A DNA stretch of 64,000 nucleotides from Azolla caroliniana (taxonomy: Eukaryota > Plantae > Polypodiophyta): contig JBHGNT010000006.1 in the NCBI GenBank assembly GCA_043228905.1, forward strand, positions 8,494,001 through 8,558,000, given 5' to 3'. Shown one piece after another: positions 61,849 through 64,000 of this stretch. Numbering within the stretch: the first letter of the stretch is position 1; every line of letters starts with the position of its first letter. The translations under genes and the position numbers were made by a program. Under the pieces are notes generated by a model. The model was given only the letters and a program-made list of their open reading frames with translations. It searched no databases and was not told where the DNA came from.

Positions 61849-62043
61849 ATAGACAACAGAACAAGTAACTGGTGTTGTTCACCTTGATTGTAATCAAGGT
61901 GCACCCTATTATTTATCCAAGAAGGCGGAGGTATGCATGTAAGCTAGGAATATTCTAGAAAATGCATGAGGATGCATGCAAGCTAGGAAACTTCTAGTGA
62001 TTAACCTACAATGTAAGAAGTTGAACCTTACAAATGTTGTAGT

Positions 62044-62117
62044 GATGGATATAGGTCAATTGGTAAGGTTGCCCAATAAGACAAGGAGGTCATGGGTTTA
62101 AACCCTTACGTTCCATC
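62044..62117 (+). other. tRNA-like cassette in Tcn1-like LTR; internally deleted copy at ~57745-57802
   Basis: TAGCTCAACTGGTAAGG / TAGGTCAATTGGTAAGG A box and GGTTCAACCCC / GGTTTAAACCC B box, closed by a GATGGA...TCCATC stem. Confidence 0.65.
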
Positions 62118-63451
62118 CTAGGATCATGTGTATGACATTGGTACTCCTACTCGTTTTTAGTAGGCCCATATATTTGGGATGATACAACCAAATGTTGGAA
62201 ATTCTTTAGCAGAACTCAATGTTAGTCATACACCCTAATTGACCTCTTAGGATTTTGATGAGTCCTAATCATCTACTTTGAAGTGGTTTACATCACCTTG
62301 ATTGCCAACACCCATTCTTGAAAGGAGACCTCATTATAGACATTAATGTTTAGAGGATGTTCCTATGATAATGGTAGACCATATTTCTATTGACCTTAAA
62401 CCTTGGGTTTGAAGCTCAACTATTTTGCTATTTTATGACAGTACCACATGGTTTTGACCCTTAAAATGCGACCCCGCCACACACCTTATGGTCTTCAATG
62501 AACAACCTTCATCAATATACATACACCCACAAACCTCTACACAGACTCCTTTTCAACCACACTCACATTTATCCACCCACTCTTAATCTATTTTTCATGT
62601 TGGGGTTAAAACCTATTGGGAATATATTTTTATTTCAACCAAATAGTACAATCTCATTACTTGCACTATTTTATATGTAGAACTTTTGGTCTTTCATTGA
62701 CAACCTTATGAACTAAGTGATCTCCTTCTAGAACACCTCCACACATCATGAATGAAAAAGTTTCACTTTTGTCTCATAGTTCATATTGAATGGTTTGGGA
62801 AGAGACTATAATCTATCTCTTATGTATTGTATAGGATTGACCCTATCTTATTGATAACATTTGGGTATCCCATGGAGCTAAAAACTTGTTTATCAATTGC
62901 TTTGTCTCTGTCTGTGTGTCTGTCTCTCCCCTATTCCATAATGGTGTGTGAGCTTGTATGCCACCTTAATCTTAGAAAATTGTTCCTTCTAGTCCCCTTT
63001 TCATTTGATCGCACTATATGAATGTGCACGACACCTTTTTTTTTAAAAATGATCTCTTATAGTTTAATGTTTTGTGTGGCTAGCTACCTTATTTTTGAAG
63101 AAACATCTCTTTGTCGTTTTACTAATAGACCCAATAATCAAACCCATGTAAAAAGTAATATGATAACGTGCTCAAGGTTCCACGTGCGCACGCTTGTACG
63201 CACGCACACACACACACACACCACCCTCATTTTACTTTACCAAATCATCATTTTTTTATGTGGAGACGCGCCAAGTGATTTAATCAATGCATTATCAAAG
63301 AAAAACCACCCCATGATATCATGAGACTAGCAATTGCTTTTTATCTCATCTCCAAAAATGCAATGGATAAGAAGAGTTTTAAAGTACGAGCATGGCCACT
63401 ATGTTGATGACCCCCTTGCTAACATGTAAACTATATTGAGTCATTGTAGTT

Positions 63452-63624
63452 GATTATGAACTTCATGGATCAAACAAAACTTGAGAAGACCTTAATGTAA
63501 TTGTTTAATTATCACAATCATGAGATAAAGTTCAAGGATTATGAACTTCATGGATCAAACAAAAATTGAGAAGACCTTAATGTAATTGTTTAATTATCAC
63601 AATCATGAGATAAAGTTCAAGGAT
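63452..63624. repeat. 85-bp tandem duplication
   Basis: GATTATGAACTTCATGGATCAAAC...GATAAAGTTCAAG occurs twice, with 1 mismatch. Confidence 0.92.
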
Positions 63625-64000
63625 AAATTTATTTAAGATATTGTAAAGTCTAGACTGCACAATCTTTTCATTTCTATCTATATAGTTCAATTGGGGCGTC
63701 TATGGGGAAAGAAGTACATTGCTTCGCAAAAGAAATTAGAGGTGCAAAATGTTGATCGCGGATGGGATTTGCCAAGATCTTTATTTCCTTTGTCCTTTGA
63801 AAGGAGAAATATAATAATAGAGAACACTATAATACACGTTAAAGCACAAAGTGAAAACATTACTTACATCATATGACCTCAATGGAAGTTTGTTTTGTCT
63901 AACGTGAGCAACATGATTACATTTGAAAATGAACGATATATACATATTGGTTTAGAGATTTGCATAGCACTAAGCATACCCCCTCAATGGAAGATGACTC

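Larger units (their letters stand above)
57393..62137 (-). mobile_element. Decayed Tcn1/Tf1-like chromovirus
   Basis: Diverged LTRs ~57393-57822 and 61764-62137 with (GA)n. PPT AAGGGGAGGATAA; no matching TSD; gag to chromodomain fragments. Confidence 0.88.

Overview
This is eukaryotic, plant-type DNA, most likely from a non-seed land plant (fern, lycophyte or bryophyte), inferred from the TE lineages and intron style. It is dominated by nested retroelements. In order: (1) a very young intact Ty1/copia (2469-7670, minus, TSD GCATT). (2) A decayed copia 5' half (9727-14020). (3) A very young intact Ty3/gypsy (14034-21370, minus, 4-bp TSD ACGG) with a tRNA-Trp PBS and gag-pro/pol joined by a predicted -1 frameshift pseudoknot. 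(4) A decayed LINE with a microsatellite tail (21375-23730). (5) A second copia 3' half (23731-25513). (6) A Ulp1-protease-carrying DNA-transposon relic, split by a chromovirus (27542-41521, TSD GTTGG). That chromovirus holds a plus-strand gypsy fragment and an apparently endonuclease-less Penelope-like retroelement (~36190-40400), whose coiled-coil-like ORF1 joins the RT through an A AAA AAC slippery site plus hairpin. (7) Two convergent host genes: a plastid acyl carrier protein and a TSJT1/Wali7-like DUF3700 protein. (8) A decayed Tcn1-like self-priming chromovirus (57393-62137). The most notable signals are the EN-less frameshifting PLE at an interstitial deletion junction and tRNA-like Pol III A/B-box cassettes embedded antisense in the LTRs of two unrelated gypsy families.
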